Positions 1 through 9,072 are shown, counted from the first letter of the stretch. The stretch: 32,000 nt of DNA from Desulfatiglans anilini DSM 4660 (GCF_000422285.1 NZ_AULM01000011.1:76425-108424); one strand, 5' to 3'. Numbers and translations: made by a program. Notes: generated by a model from the letters alone, not told the origin.

Positions 1-1017
1 CCGCTTTTGCAGCTTTGCATGCCTGCTCTCGTTGAGGCCGAGGTGGCGATAGGCCCTGGCCGTGGCGACCCTGCCCCGGGGTGTGCGCTTGATGAATCCT
101 TCCTGGATGAGGAAGGGCTCATACACATCTTCCAGCGTCCCTTTTTCTTCGCTGACCGCGGCTGACAGGCTTTCGAGTCCGAGCGGTCCCCCTTCGAATT
201 TCTCTATGATCGTCAGCAGGATGGTCCGGTCCATCTTGTCCAGGCCGCAATGGTCGACTTCGAGCAGGTCAAGTGCGCTGTCGGCCAGTTTTCCGGTGAC
301 GACTCCTCCACCCTCCACCTGAGCGAAATCACGAACCCTGCGCAGCAGGCGGTTGGCGATCCGGGGTGTGCCGCGGGAACGGCCCGCGATTTCGAGGGCA
401 CCCTCTTCCTCGATCGGTATCTGCAGGATGGCGGCCGAGCGCATGATGATCCGGTGCAGGTCCTCCGGCTTGTAGAAATCGAGCCTCAGAATGACGCCGA
501 ACCGGTCTCTCAGCGGCGGCGTCAGGAGACCCGCGCGGGTCGTGGCGCCTACCAGGGTGAATGGCGGCAGGGGGATCTTCATTGTCCGGGCGGAGGGGCC
601 CTGTCCGATGATGAGATCGAGCTCATAATCCTCCATCGCGGGATAGAGTATTTCCTCCACCACGTGGTTCAGACGGTGGATTTCATCGATAAAGAGGACA
701 TCGTGCGGTTCGAGGCTGGTGAGGATGGCGGCGAGATCCCCGGCCTTTTCTACGACAGGGCCGGATGTGCTCCGGATGTTGACCCCGAGCTCGTTCGCGA
801 TGATGTGAGCGAGGGATGTTTTCCCCAGCCCGGGGCTGCCGTGGAACAGGACGTGGTCGAGCGCCTCGGCCCGGCCTTTGGCGGCTTCGATGAAGACGCG
901 CAGGTTGCGCTTCATCTCGTCCTGACCGATGTATTCATCCAGGTTGCGCGGCCGCAGGCTGAGTTCAGCCGGACTTTCCTCCGGCTGGCGTTGAGGGTCG
1001 ATGATTCTTTCGGTCAT
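1..1017 (-). CDS. ruvB: Holliday junction branch-migration ATPase RuvB; the 3' end runs off the window edge
   Basis: My own translation of the minus strand from the ATG at 1017 gives [14 protein letters not shown]...[19 protein letters not shown]. It has Walker [10 protein letters not shown], Walker [11 protein letters not shown] and [16 protein letters not shown]. The frame stays open to base 1 (339 codons). It is absent from the ORF track because no stop lies in the window. The + strand ORF 250..1134 is its antisense shadow. Confidence 0.93.
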   Translation of the reverse strand, partial: MTERIIDPQRQPEESPAELSLRPRNLDEYIGQDEMKRNLRVFIEAAKGRAEALDHVLFHGSPGLGKTSLAHIIANELGVNIRSTSGPVVEKAGDLAAILTSLEPHDVLFIDEIHRLNHVVEEILYPAMEDYELDLIIGQGPSARTMKIPLPPFTLVGATTRAGLLTPPLRDRFGVILRLDFYKPEDLHRIIMRSAAILQIPIEEEGALEIAGRSRGTPRIANRLLRRVRDFAQVEGGGVVTGKLADSALDLLEVDHCGLDKMDRTILLTIIEKFEGGPLGLESLSAAVSEEKGTLEDVYEPFLIQEGFIKRTPRGRVATARAYRHLGLNESRHAKLQKR

Positions 1018-1135
1018 CGGTCTACACAGGTGATCCTGATGGATTTGTCGGAAATGGGGCGGACGAATCGTATCATAAGACATATGGCGGATCGAATTCG
1101 ACCGTCGATGTTCGCATCTTTCAGTATAACATGAA

Positions 1136-1741
1136 CTAAGCGAGGAGCCGCAGCGCCTCGCGGATGACGGTTTCGAGATTGGGTTTGGCTACGGCCGCCC
1201 CGGCCCTTTCGACGGCCTCCCTGGCGGCCTTCTGGGAATAACCGAGGTTCAGGAGCGCCGAGAGGGCATCGTCCAGGAACTGATTTTCCCCGGGTGTCGT
1301 GGCCGTTTCGGCGATGGTTGTTCCCAGGCCGTTGCGCGCTTTGAGGGCACGGTCCTTCAATTCCAGAGAGATTCGCTCGGAGGTTTTTTTGCCGATGCCG
1401 GGAATGGCCTGCAGACCGGGCGCGTTCCCTTCTGCGATGGCATCGAGCAGTTCGTGCGGGCCGATCCCTGACAGGATGTTGACCGCCAGCCTGGGGCCGA
1501 TCCCGGATACCGTGGTTAGCATAAGGAAGAGTTCCTTTTCGATTTCGGTCTGGAACCCGAACAGCTGCAAGGTGTCGTCCCGCAGGCGCGTATGGATGTG
1601 CAGCGCAACGGCTTCCCCTTCCTCGGCCAGATGGTAAAGGGTCGAAAGCGGCACCAGAACCTCGTAGCCTACACCGCTCACGTCAATGGTGAGCGACTGC
1701 GTGTTCTTCTTGAGAAGGATACCGCGCAAAAAGGCGATCAT
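1136..1741 (-). CDS. ruvA: Holliday junction DNA helicase subunit RuvA
   Basis: The track ORF is 1136..1801. A RuvA-like N-terminus, [20 protein letters not shown], begins at the internal ATG at 1741. That ATG overlaps the ruvC stop as ATGA (1738-1741). Helix-hairpin-helix motifs SGIGPRLA and [12 protein letters not shown] are present. Confidence 0.9.
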   Translation of the reverse strand: MIAFLRGILLKKNTQSLTIDVSGVGYEVLVPLSTLYHLAEEGEAVALHIHTRLRDDTLQLFGFQTEIEKELFLMLTTVSGIGPRLAVNILSGIGPHELLDAIAEGNAPGLQAIPGIGKKTSERISLELKDRALKARNGLGTTIAETATTPGENQFLDDALSALLNLGYSQKAAREAVERAGAAVAKPNLETVIREALRLLA

Positions 1742-2244
1742 TTCGCATACCCGCCGGCATGATGGGCAGCGGCCCGGAAAGATGCGGTGTTCAAATGACA
1801 AACGGCCGCTGCCAGGGCATCGGTCGCATCGAGGTGAAGATCACCGCGAATGCCGAGAATCATCTTCATCATGTACTGCACCTGTTCCTTCGTCCCCCGG
1901 CCGTAACCCACAACGGATTTTTTGATTTCGAGCGGAGTGTATTCAAAAATGCCTACACCGCAGTGTGCCGCCGCGATCAGAAGGGCTCCCCGAGCGTGCC
2001 CGAGCTTGAGGGCGCTCTTGACGTTCTTGGCGTAGAAGATATCTTCGATGGCCATCTCGCTCGGCTGGAATTCTTGAATGATAGCAACCAGGGATCGGAA
2101 GAGAAGATGCAGCTTCTCTTGAAAACAGGCCGCTTTTTCGGGGCGGATGATCCCGGCGTGCACGCAGGCCATTCTGTTCCCGCGTTTTTCGACCAGCCCG
2201 AACCCGGTGACCCTGGATCCGGGATCCACACCGAGCACGATCAT
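1738..2244 (-). CDS. ruvC: Crossover junction endodeoxyribonuclease RuvC
   Basis: 168 aa with N-terminus MIVLGVDPGSRVTGFG, containing the catalytic Asp of the RNase H-like fold. The gene sits between yebC and ruvA and its ATG directly abuts the yebC TAG stop. Confidence 0.92.
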   Translation of the reverse strand: MIVLGVDPGSRVTGFGLVEKRGNRMACVHAGIIRPEKAACFQEKLHLLFRSLVAIIQEFQPSEMAIEDIFYAKNVKSALKLGHARGALLIAAAHCGVGIFEYTPLEIKKSVVGYGRGTKEQVQYMMKMILGIRGDLHLDATDALAAAVCHLNTASFRAAAHHAGGYAK

Positions 2245-2991
2245 CTAATCCATGGCCTCCAGGACATCGTCCGAGATGTCGAAGTTGGCGTAGACGTGGC
2301 TGACATCATCGTTGTCTTCGAGGCCCTGCATCAGATTCAGCATCTGCTGTGCCTTTTTTCCGTCCAGTTTGACGGTGCTCTTCGGAATCATGGTAATTTC
2401 CGCGAGTTCATATTCCACTTTGGCCTTGTCGATCGCTTCCTTGACGGCCTCGAAATCGCCGGGGTCCGATATGACCTCGAACTGGTCTTCTTCGTCGCGG
2501 ACATCCTCCGCCCCGGCTTCGAGGGCGGTTTCGAGCAGGGCCTCTTCATTGGCCTTGCTCTTGTCGACGGCGATCAATCCCTTTTTCTCGAAGGTCCAGG
2601 CGACGCAGCCAGGTTCACCGAGGCTCCCACCGTTGCGCTCGAAAAGATGCTTGACCTCCGCTACGGTGCGGTTGCGGTTGTCGGTGAGGCATTCGACCAG
2701 GACGGCGACGCCCCCTGGGCCGTATCCCTCATAGGTGATTTCATCGTAGGAGACCCCTTCGATTTCGCCGGTACCCTTCTTGATCGCCCTTTCAATGTTC
2801 TCCTTGGGCATATTTTCCGCTTTGGCTGCGATGATGGCGGATCGCAGCCGTGGATTGCCGTCGGCGTCTCCGCCACCCATCCTGGCGGCGACGGTGATCT
2901 CCTTGATCAGCTTTGTAAAGATTTTGCCGCGCTTGGCGTCCGCTGCGCCTTTTTTGTGCTTGATGGAACTCCACTTCGAATGGCCTGACAT
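2245..2991 (-). CDS. yebC: YebC/PmpR family DNA-binding regulator or translation factor
   Basis: 248 aa with the family-diagnostic N-terminus [43 protein letters not shown] lies upstream. It occupies the conserved position upstream of ruvCAB. Confidence 0.93.
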   Translation of the reverse strand: MSGHSKWSSIKHKKGAADAKRGKIFTKLIKEITVAARMGGGDADGNPRLRSAIIAAKAENMPKENIERAIKKGTGEIEGVSYDEITYEGYGPGGVAVLVECLTDNRNRTVAEVKHLFERNGGSLGEPGCVAWTFEKKGLIAVDKSKANEEALLETALEAGAEDVRDEEDQFEVISDPGDFEAVKEAIDKAKVEYELAEITMIPKSTVKLDGKKAQQMLNLMQGLEDNDDVSHVYANFDISDDVLEAMD

Positions 2992-3202
2992 AAATAGCCT
3001 CCCCCCACTGATTCAAGTGTTCGCTTCCGCCGGACAAGGGCCCTGTTGCCCTCTCTCGGGGTTAATCTACAACGTCTGCTTGTGCAGCCGTCCCGGTATG
3101 TCCCGTTTCGGTCTTGTGGCTGCGCTCACGCCGGTCCGAGCCATGCGCCCAGGTCCGGACGGCCTGGGATGCCTTGACCGGTGCCGCTGGACATATCCGT
3201 TA

Positions 3203-3790
3203 TCACGTGAAACCCATGCCGATGAGATAGATTTCACGGCTTCGTTTTCTTGTCGCCTGGGGTCTGAACAGGCGCACCCGCTCGAAACGGTCGGCGACGG
3301 AGGCCTGAAAGTCCTTGATTTCTCCGCCCTCGAAAAGCTTGCAAACGAACCGCCCCGATCTTTCTAGCACAGCCTCCGCAATCTTCAAAGCCTGCTCTGA
3401 GAGGGCCAAAGACCGGCTTGTATCGGTTGCCGGAGCGCCTGTCGTCTGGGGTGCAAGGTCACTGAGGACGACGTCTCTCGGCCCGAGGTTTTGTTGCAGC
3501 GTCTGGATGTCGATGGAAAAAATATCGGCCTGGATGAACTGAAATTTGAGAGCGGATAGGCGTTCGGGTTTTTTCAGGTCAATCCCTGCCACATGGCCTT
3601 GCGGCCCGGCGGTCCTTAAGGCGTATTGCGACCAGGACCCCGGGTAGCAGCCAAGATCGAGGATCCGGTTCCCTTTTCTGATGATCTTGAACCTGCGGTC
3701 GATCTCCTGCAGTTTGTATACCGAACGCGCGAGCCAGTTCTCTTCCCGGGCGCGGCGCGCGTAATGGTCATCCCACGTGTTCTTCTGCAT
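3203..3790 (-). CDS. rlmE: 23S rRNA 2'-O-ribose methyltransferase RlmE (FtsJ)
   Basis: 195 aa with YKLQEIDRRFKII, SAM-binding motif ILDLGCYPGSWSQY and VVLSDLAP, all typical of RlmE/FtsJ. Confidence 0.9.
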   Translation of the reverse strand: MQKNTWDDHYARRAREENWLARSVYKLQEIDRRFKIIRKGNRILDLGCYPGSWSQYALRTAGPQGHVAGIDLKKPERLSALKFQFIQADIFSIDIQTLQQNLGPRDVVLSDLAPQTTGAPATDTSRSLALSEQALKIAEAVLERSGRFVCKLFEGGEIKDFQASVADRFERVRLFRPQATRKRSREIYLIGMGFT

Positions 3791-4014
3791 TTTTTCATAT
3801 TTATCATAGCCCTATGCGCTTTGCAAAATAATTAGTGCCGATCCGTAAACGATTTTGCTCTTGAGAAAGAAGCTTCCCTTCCTGCGAGAGCCTTATATCA
3901 TAAAAGATCTAACATATTGAAAATGCAAATAAAAATGACTTGCATCGACCCCTGTTCTATGCGATTCTTTAAATAGGAGAAAATTAGAACGGAAACCCTT
4001 TTGAGGAGGCTGTC

Positions 4015-5745
4015 ATGGTGGACATAATCAGAGTGAATATGACGGATGGTTCCATTCAGCGGGACCCGTTGCCGAAAAGCTATGAAGGTTTGGGTGGTCG
4101 CGGTCTCACTTCGGCCTTTTTACTGAAAGAAGTGGAACCCACCTGTACTCCCATCGGACCGCTCAACAAACTGATTTTCGCCCCCGGGTTGCTGGGGGGA
4201 ACGAACTGCGCCAACTCAGGCCGGATATCGGTCGGGGCGAAGAGCCCTCTGACGGGCACGATCAAGGAGGCCAATTCGGGCGGCCAGGCGGGGAGCTACC
4301 TCGCGCGGCTGGGGATTGCCGCCATCGTCGTGGAGGGTCAGCCGAAGGATGGCAGGCTTTTCAAACTCCATGTGACCAGGGACCGCTGCGAACTCCTGCC
4401 GGCTGATGAACTGAAGGGCCTGGGCAATTATGCCTCGGTCGAAAAGCTCAAAGGTACCTATGGCGATCGGGTGGGATATGTGAGCATCGGCCAGGCGGGC
4501 GAGTGGAAGCTGGGTGCCGCCTCGGTCGCCTTTAGCGACCGGGACGGCCGTCCGACGCGGCATGCCGGCCGCGGCGGCCTGGGGGCGGTGATGGGCTCCA
4601 AGGGACTGAAGGCGATTGTCATCGACCCGGCCGGAGGGGAAGCTGCCCCGCTTGCCGACAAGGATGCCTTCCGGGAGGCCTCCAAGCGTTTTCTGAATGC
4701 CCTCCAGACCCACCCGGTGACCAGCCAGGGGCTGACCAACTTCGGGACGGATATTCTGATCAATATCATCAACGAGGCCGGTGGGCTTCCCACGCGCAAC
4801 TTCAGCACAGGGCGCTTCGAGGGGGCCGAAAAGGTCGGGGGCGAGACGTTGAACAGCGTCACGACCGCCCGGAAGGGCGATTGTTCCCATGGGTGCATGG
4901 CCGGCTGCGTCATCCGCTGCTCGGGGGTTTATCTCGATGAGAAGGGCGACTATGTGAGCAAGTGGCCGGAGTATGAAACCGTCTGGGCCTGGGGACCGAA
5001 CTGCGGGATCGATGATCTCGACGCCATCGCGCGAATGGACCGCGGCTGCGATGACATCGGTCTGGACACCATCGAGACGGGGAACGCGGTGGCTGTGGCC
5101 ATGGAGGCCGGGATCAAGTCCTTCGGGGACGTGGCAGGCGCAGAGGAGCTTCTGGCGGAGATCGGGAAGGGAACGCCCCTCGGCCGGATCCTTGGTTCGG
5201 GGGCGGGGGCCGTCGGCAAGGTCTTCGGGGTTCGCCGGGTGCCGGTCGTCAAGAATCAGGCCCTGCCGGCCTACGACCCGAGGGCGGTCAAAGGGGTTGG
5301 CGTCACCTACGCCACCTCGCCGATGGGCGCGGACCACACCGCCGGCTATGCGGTCGCCACCAACATCATGAAAGTGGGGGGCGACGTGGACCCGTTGTCC
5401 GTGGCGGGCCAGGTGGATCTTTCGAGGGGGCTGCAGATCGCGACAGCGGCCATCGACACGGCCGGCCTGTGCCTCTTTGTGGCCTTCCCGGTGATGGACA
5501 TCCCGGACGCCATGGTGGCCGTGGCGGACATGATCAGTGCGAAATACGGCATCAAGATGACCGTGGATGATTTCAATGCGCTGGGAAGCCGCGTCCTCAA
5601 GATGGAAAGGGAGTTCAACACCCGGGCGGGTTTCACGGCGGCCGACGATCGTCTGCCGGAGTTTTTCAAGCTCGAGAAGCTCGCGCCCCACAACCACGTC
5701 TTCGATGTCCCCGATGAGGAATTGGACCGGGTTTTCAACTTTTGA
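4015..5745 (+). CDS. aor: Aldehyde:ferredoxin oxidoreductase family protein (tungsto/molybdopterin, [4Fe-4S])
   Basis: 576 aa. The AOR N-terminal domain reads LGGRGLTS...LIFAPGLLGG...GRISVGAKSPLTG. It also has the Cys cluster DCSHGCMAGCVIRC and a distal DTAGLCLF. SD GAGGAGG lies 5 nt upstream of the ATG. Confidence 0.9.
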   Translation: MVDIIRVNMTDGSIQRDPLPKSYEGLGGRGLTSAFLLKEVEPTCTPIGPLNKLIFAPGLLGGTNCANSGRISVGAKSPLTGTIKEANSGGQAGSYLARLGIAAIVVEGQPKDGRLFKLHVTRDRCELLPADELKGLGNYASVEKLKGTYGDRVGYVSIGQAGEWKLGAASVAFSDRDGRPTRHAGRGGLGAVMGSKGLKAIVIDPAGGEAAPLADKDAFREASKRFLNALQTHPVTSQGLTNFGTDILINIINEAGGLPTRNFSTGRFEGAEKVGGETLNSVTTARKGDCSHGCMAGCVIRCSGVYLDEKGDYVSKWPEYETVWAWGPNCGIDDLDAIARMDRGCDDIGLDTIETGNAVAVAMEAGIKSFGDVAGAEELLAEIGKGTPLGRILGSGAGAVGKVFGVRRVPVVKNQALPAYDPRAVKGVGVTYATSPMGADHTAGYAVATNIMKVGGDVDPLSVAGQVDLSRGLQIATAAIDTAGLCLFVAFPVMDIPDAMVAVADMISAKYGIKMTVDDFNALGSRVLKMEREFNTRAGFTAADDRLPEFFKLEKLAPHNHVFDVPDEELDRVFNF

Positions 5746-5936
5746 GACGGATGGCCGCCGTGCGGATCTCCCGCCGCACCGGCGGATCCGGACCCTGAAG
5801 GAGGGGGCGCCTTAGAGAGGGCAGGGTGCAATGCCACCGTGCGAAACGGGAATGGGGGGGCCGTGCGGGGGGCGGCGTTTCGTCGCTCCTCTGCAGCAGC
5901 GTGCCGGCCGCGAGGATAACGATGCGTCAGAACGAA

Positions 5937-5968
5937 GAGCCGCCAACCTTTTCCAAGGTTGGCGGCTC
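5937..5968. other. Perfect 14-bp stem with UUCC tetraloop
   Basis: GAGCCGCCAACCTT ttcc AAGGTTGGCGGCTC. It lies in the convergent gap between the AOR and nitroreductase operons. The minus-strand side is followed by UUCGUUCUG, so it may act as a terminator. Confidence 0.4.
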
Positions 5969-6004
5969 CTTGCTGTCCACAGGCTCTGATTTTGGGGGTG
6001 TTGG

Positions 6005-6174
6005 AAGGACATCAAGCGTTTGCGCGGAGGCGACCTCGTTTCCAATCCGGAAATGAGGATTCTTGGCCAATATCCAGGAAGTCAAGCGTTTAGGCGGAAG
6101 CGACCCGGTGGTCGCCGCACAAGCAAGCGTGCAGATCGACGCCGAGATCAGCGGGCAGACCTCTTTCGGATGGA
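6005..6174 (+). repeat. MITE-like modular repeat, copy A (rearranged, lacks module 2 and the left terminus)
   Basis: It aligns by eye to copy C. 6005-6036 is a fragment of module 3, 6038-6064 is module 1 (GTTTCCAATCCGGAAATGAGGATT) and 6065-6169 is module 3. It ends with the terminal motif CTCTTTCGGATGGA. Confidence 0.75.
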
Positions 6175-6228
6175 GGCTGCAGCAGGGGTTCCTCTGCGCC
6201 AAACGGGCGTTGTCCAGGCGGCCGTTGC

Positions 6229-6771
6229 CTAAAAGCGGTCGTCATGCGTGAATTCGCTGATCTCACGGCGTTTCGGCGCAGACGATTCCTTGGCGGCGTA
6301 GCCGAGGGGGATCAGGGCCACGAGTTCGCAACCCTCCGGAACGCCCAGAACCTCTGCAGCCTTGGCGTGGTCGAAGAGCCCCGTGATGACCGTTCCGAGG
6401 CCCTGATCACGGGCCGCCAGGCAAATGCTCTGCGTGACGATGCCCAGATCGAACATGAACCAGTCGCCGAACTTCGTGGTGACCTCGCCTTTATAATAGC
6501 CCGAACGCTGCAGCACACCGCAGACCGCCAGGACGACGGGCGCCTCCAGCAAGGCCTTGCTGGCGGGGTTGGTTGCAGGGAAGGCCGCCTGAAGCCTTTC
6601 CTTCTGCATCCGGTCTTTTACGACGACGATCTCCCAGCACTGGGTGTTGGCCCACGACGGAGACCATTGGACCGCTTCGAGGACGGCCTTGAGCGCGTCG
6701 TCGGACACAGGCCTGTTTTCGTAACGGCGAATGCTGCGTCTCTCCTTCAAGACCTTCATGAGATCCGACAT
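6229..6771 (-). CDS. Nitroreductase-family FMN oxidoreductase
   Basis: 180 aa with LKERRSIRRYENRPVSDDAL...AVQWSPSWANTQCWEIVVV, typical of the nitroreductase fold. SD AAAGGAG overlaps the stop of the upstream small ORF. Confidence 0.85.
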   Translation of the reverse strand: MSDLMKVLKERRSIRRYENRPVSDDALKAVLEAVQWSPSWANTQCWEIVVVKDRMQKERLQAAFPATNPASKALLEAPVVLAVCGVLQRSGYYKGEVTTKFGDWFMFDLGIVTQSICLAARDQGLGTVITGLFDHAKAAEVLGVPEGCELVALIPLGYAAKESSAPKRREISEFTHDDRF

Positions 6772-6784
6772 GTTGCCTACTCCT

Positions 6785-6973
6785 TTACCCTTGCTCCCGG
6801 GGGTCGTTCAGGTCACAGACATTGATCTCGAGCATCTTCAGCGATGCCAGCATGCGGGCGGTGTTGCGTTTGACGGCAGGAAAGGTGTCCGCCATCCCAT
6901 GGAGGCCTTCGGCTGTTTTTCGCATGCTGGAGATCATCTCGGCCATTTTTTTGAATTGCGCTTCATCCACCAT
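6785..6973 (-). CDS. Hypothetical small protein (62 aa), predicted helical
   Basis: The ORF fits exactly between the PaaK-like stop (6995) and the nitroreductase start (6771). A strong SD, GAAGGAG, lies 10 nt upstream. I recognise no family. Confidence 0.55.
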   Translation of the reverse strand: MVDEAQFKKMAEMISSMRKTAEGLHGMADTFPAVKRNTARMLASLKMLEINVCDLNDPREQG

Positions 6974-6994
6974 CGCCGATCTTCTCCTTCTTTG

Positions 6995-8326
6995 TCAATG
7001 ATCCTTTCGCAGGTCCTTGAACCGTTTGGCCTTGACCTCGTAGCGGGGCAGTTGGCCGTAATCGTTGAATTCAAGGTCGTAGCGCAGGTTCGTCTTCAGG
7101 CGTAACTGATCGACCAGAGCGGCCTCGACGGCCTTCCGGTTCCCGCGGGCCTCCGGGAGCAATTCGACCTTGAGGGAGATCCGGTCCGAATCTCCGACCT
7201 TGTCGACGATGACCTCGTATTCGTCCCCGAGCCCCTCGATGCTCCGCACCACCTCCTCGATGGCGGAGGGGGCGAGCAGCACGCCTTTGACCTTGGTGAT
7301 GTCATCGGCGCGGCCGACCACCCCGCCCTTGATGAGGCGGAAGGTCCGGCCGCAGCGGCAGGGCTCCGAATCCCATTCGATCACATCTTTGGAATCGAAA
7401 CGGACGCAGGGCTGTGCCTGGCGGTCGAAGGCGGTGATGACCATCTTGCCCCGCCGGCCGGGTTCCTCGATGATCTCCCCCGTCTCGATGTCTTCGATCT
7501 CCACCAGGAACATCCCCTCGTTGACGTGCATCCCGAAGGGCTGCTCCGCGCACTCGAAGGACCAGGCCCCGATCTCTGTCGCGCCGGCGTGATCGAACAC
7601 CTTGGCGCCCCAGGCATCCTGCATGCGTTTCTTGGTGGAAGGGATTCCGGCGCCGGGTTCTCCGGCGCAGGTGATCCTGCGGATCGACAACGCGGCGGGG
7701 TCGATTCCCATCTTGCGCGCGGTGTCCGCCATCCCGAGCACATAGGTCGGCGTGGCCATCATGGCCGTGGCCCTCAGTTCCTGCATCTTGAGGATGCGCG
7801 CTTTGGTGTCGAGAACCCCGCCAGGAACGACCTCGCAGCCGATCTTTTCGGCGGCGTAATGCCCTGCCCAGAAGGCGACGAAGATATTGTACCCGAAGGG
7901 CAGGAAGACCCGGTCCGACGGGCGGTATCCCTGGGCCCAGAGGATGCAGGCCCAGCACTCGGCCCACCATTCCCAGTCCTGCCACGTATCCGGCTGGTAC
8001 ACCGGCTGACCGGTCGTGCCGCTCGTCTGGCGGAACTCGGTCACCTCCTCCAGCGGCACGCAGAGGGCATCCCCGTAAGGGAACGGATCTTTCCGCTGGA
8101 TGTCGCGCATCATGGATTTTTCCACCTTCGGCACGGCACGGATGTCCTCGAACGTGCGGATATCCTCAGGGCGGACACCCGCCTGATCGTAGAGCGCGCG
8201 GTGAAACCGTGAATGGTCATAGGTCCAGGCAAAGATCCGCTTGAACTTTTTCAGTTGAAGCGCCCTGAGTTTTTGCCTTGGCAGGGTCTCGATCACTGGA
8301 TTCCAATAGATTGGATGGTCGACCAT
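6995..8326 (-). CDS. Phenylacetate-CoA ligase (PaaK) / coenzyme F390 synthetase-like adenylate-forming enzyme
   Basis: 443 aa. The PaaK-type N-terminus is ...ETLPRQKLRALQLKKFKRI... and the AMP motif is RQTSGTTGQPV. The length and C-terminal domain resemble PaaK. SD GAGAGG is present. Confidence 0.87.
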   Translation of the reverse strand: MVDHPIYWNPVIETLPRQKLRALQLKKFKRIFAWTYDHSRFHRALYDQAGVRPEDIRTFEDIRAVPKVEKSMMRDIQRKDPFPYGDALCVPLEEVTEFRQTSGTTGQPVYQPDTWQDWEWWAECWACILWAQGYRPSDRVFLPFGYNIFVAFWAGHYAAEKIGCEVVPGGVLDTKARILKMQELRATAMMATPTYVLGMADTARKMGIDPAALSIRRITCAGEPGAGIPSTKKRMQDAWGAKVFDHAGATEIGAWSFECAEQPFGMHVNEGMFLVEIEDIETGEIIEEPGRRGKMVITAFDRQAQPCVRFDSKDVIEWDSEPCRCGRTFRLIKGGVVGRADDITKVKGVLLAPSAIEEVVRSIEGLGDEYEVIVDKVGDSDRISLKVELLPEARGNRKAVEAALVDQLRLKTNLRYDLEFNDYGQLPRYEVKAKRFKDLRKDH

Positions 8327-8415
8327 GATGCAACCTCTCGGTTCAGGCAGGCGGCGAAAAAAACGGTTTCAGACGGGCAGCCTTGGTCAGGCTTTCGGCA
8401 TGCATGCGTGTAGAG

Positions 8416-8441
8416 AAAAGCCCCGTGCATGCAGGGCTTTT
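8416..8441 (-). terminator. Candidate intrinsic terminator after the response-regulator gene
   Basis: AAAAGCCC (8416-8423) pairs with GGGCTTTT (8434-8441) around a self-complementary loop. On the minus strand the stem is followed by UUUUCUCU. It lies about 100 nt downstream of the stop at 8545. Its A/T flanks would allow termination in both directions. Confidence 0.4.
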
Positions 8442-8544
8442 TAGCATGACGGCGGTGGCCAGAGCAAGTATGGGAATCCCCTCGATGAAACCGGCCACCG
8501 GTCTTTCAGGAAGCGGAGGGACGTGAATAAGTCCCGACCGCCTC

Positions 8545-9072
8545 TCAGTCCTGCTTTTTCTGGGCCCTTGACCTGCTTTGGATGGCGGTCCGGAGCGTAT
8601 CCAAAAACTCCCTGTCGGCCATTTCCCATGCCGCTCCGAACCGCATCTGGAAATACGATCGGGGAAGCCTTTTCTGCCATGCGACCAGGGGGCTCTCGCC
8701 CTTGGCACGAGCGATGAGGATGTCGTTCAGAAAATCCTCGATCCGCGATATCTCTTCCTTCGGAACATAAGCCGCCGCCCCTTCCTTGACGGATTTGATG
8801 ACGTTGTCCGGCGTAAAGGCATGGGCCGTCAACATGAGGGCCGGTATGTCGTGCTGATTGGCGATCTCGAGTAGGTCATACCCCCTGACGCCCATGATAT
8901 CCAGGACGGCTACATCGAAACGACGCGATTCGAGCAGTTTTTTGGCTTCCTCGAACGTAGAGGCCGTAACGACCTGGCACATGCTCAAGTGTTCTGTCAG
9001 CACATCGAGGATATCCTGCTCGTCATCCACCACCAGGATTCTTTTCCCCTTCAACAGACTGCTTTCGGTCAT
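8545..9072 (-). CDS. Single-domain (REC) response regulator with about 50-aa C-terminal extension and no recognisable output domain
   Basis: 175 aa with KRILVVDDEQDILDVL and the phospho-acceptor context FDVAVLDIMG. The SD AAGGAG overlaps the stop of the upstream PpsB-like gene. Confidence 0.85.
   Translation of the reverse strand: MTESSLLKGKRILVVDDEQDILDVLTEHLSMCQVVTASTFEEAKKLLESRRFDVAVLDIMGVRGYDLLEIANQHDIPALMLTAHAFTPDNVIKSVKEGAAAYVPKEEISRIEDFLNDILIARAKGESPLVAWQKRLPRSYFQMRFGAAWEMADREFLDTLRTAIQSRSRAQKKQD

Noticed and set aside
250-1134. 294-aa + strand ORF overlapping the ruvB region
   Set aside because: It is antisense to a clear RuvB reading frame with Walker A/B motifs. Its translation is Gly/Arg/Asp-rich with no recognisable motif. 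It is a typical high-GC shadow ORF.
1759-2988. 409-aa + strand ORF spanning ruvC and yebC
   Set aside because: It runs antisense across two well-supported genes and their junction, and has no SD or family resemblance.
3821-3839. Sigma54-like GGCAC...TTGCA on the minus strand upstream of rlmE
   Set aside because: The spacing between the GG and GC elements is about 3 nt too long for a -24/-12 promoter, which tolerates almost no spacing change.
4216-5697. 493-aa minus-strand ORF inside the AOR gene
   Set aside because: It is an antisense shadow of the AOR frame, with a low-complexity Arg/Gly/His/Pro-rich translation.
5985-6200. CRISPR array or tandem repeat interpretation of the repeated GCGTTTGCGCGGAGGCGACC segments
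   Set aside because: Only two partial copies are adjacent. There is no regular repeat-spacer periodicity and no cas genes. The pattern is explained by a rearranged copy of the dispersed element.
6063-6251. Possibility that the repeat family encodes a peptide (..IKEIKRLRGGDLQVAAQANVQIDAEIG.. in copy C, with related ORFs 24790..24996 and 24872..25063 in copy B)
   Set aside because: Both strands stay open across the repeat. Differences between copies are not concentrated at third codon positions. Indels shift the frame between copies, and only one copy has an in-frame ATG. The evidence favours non-coding repeats.
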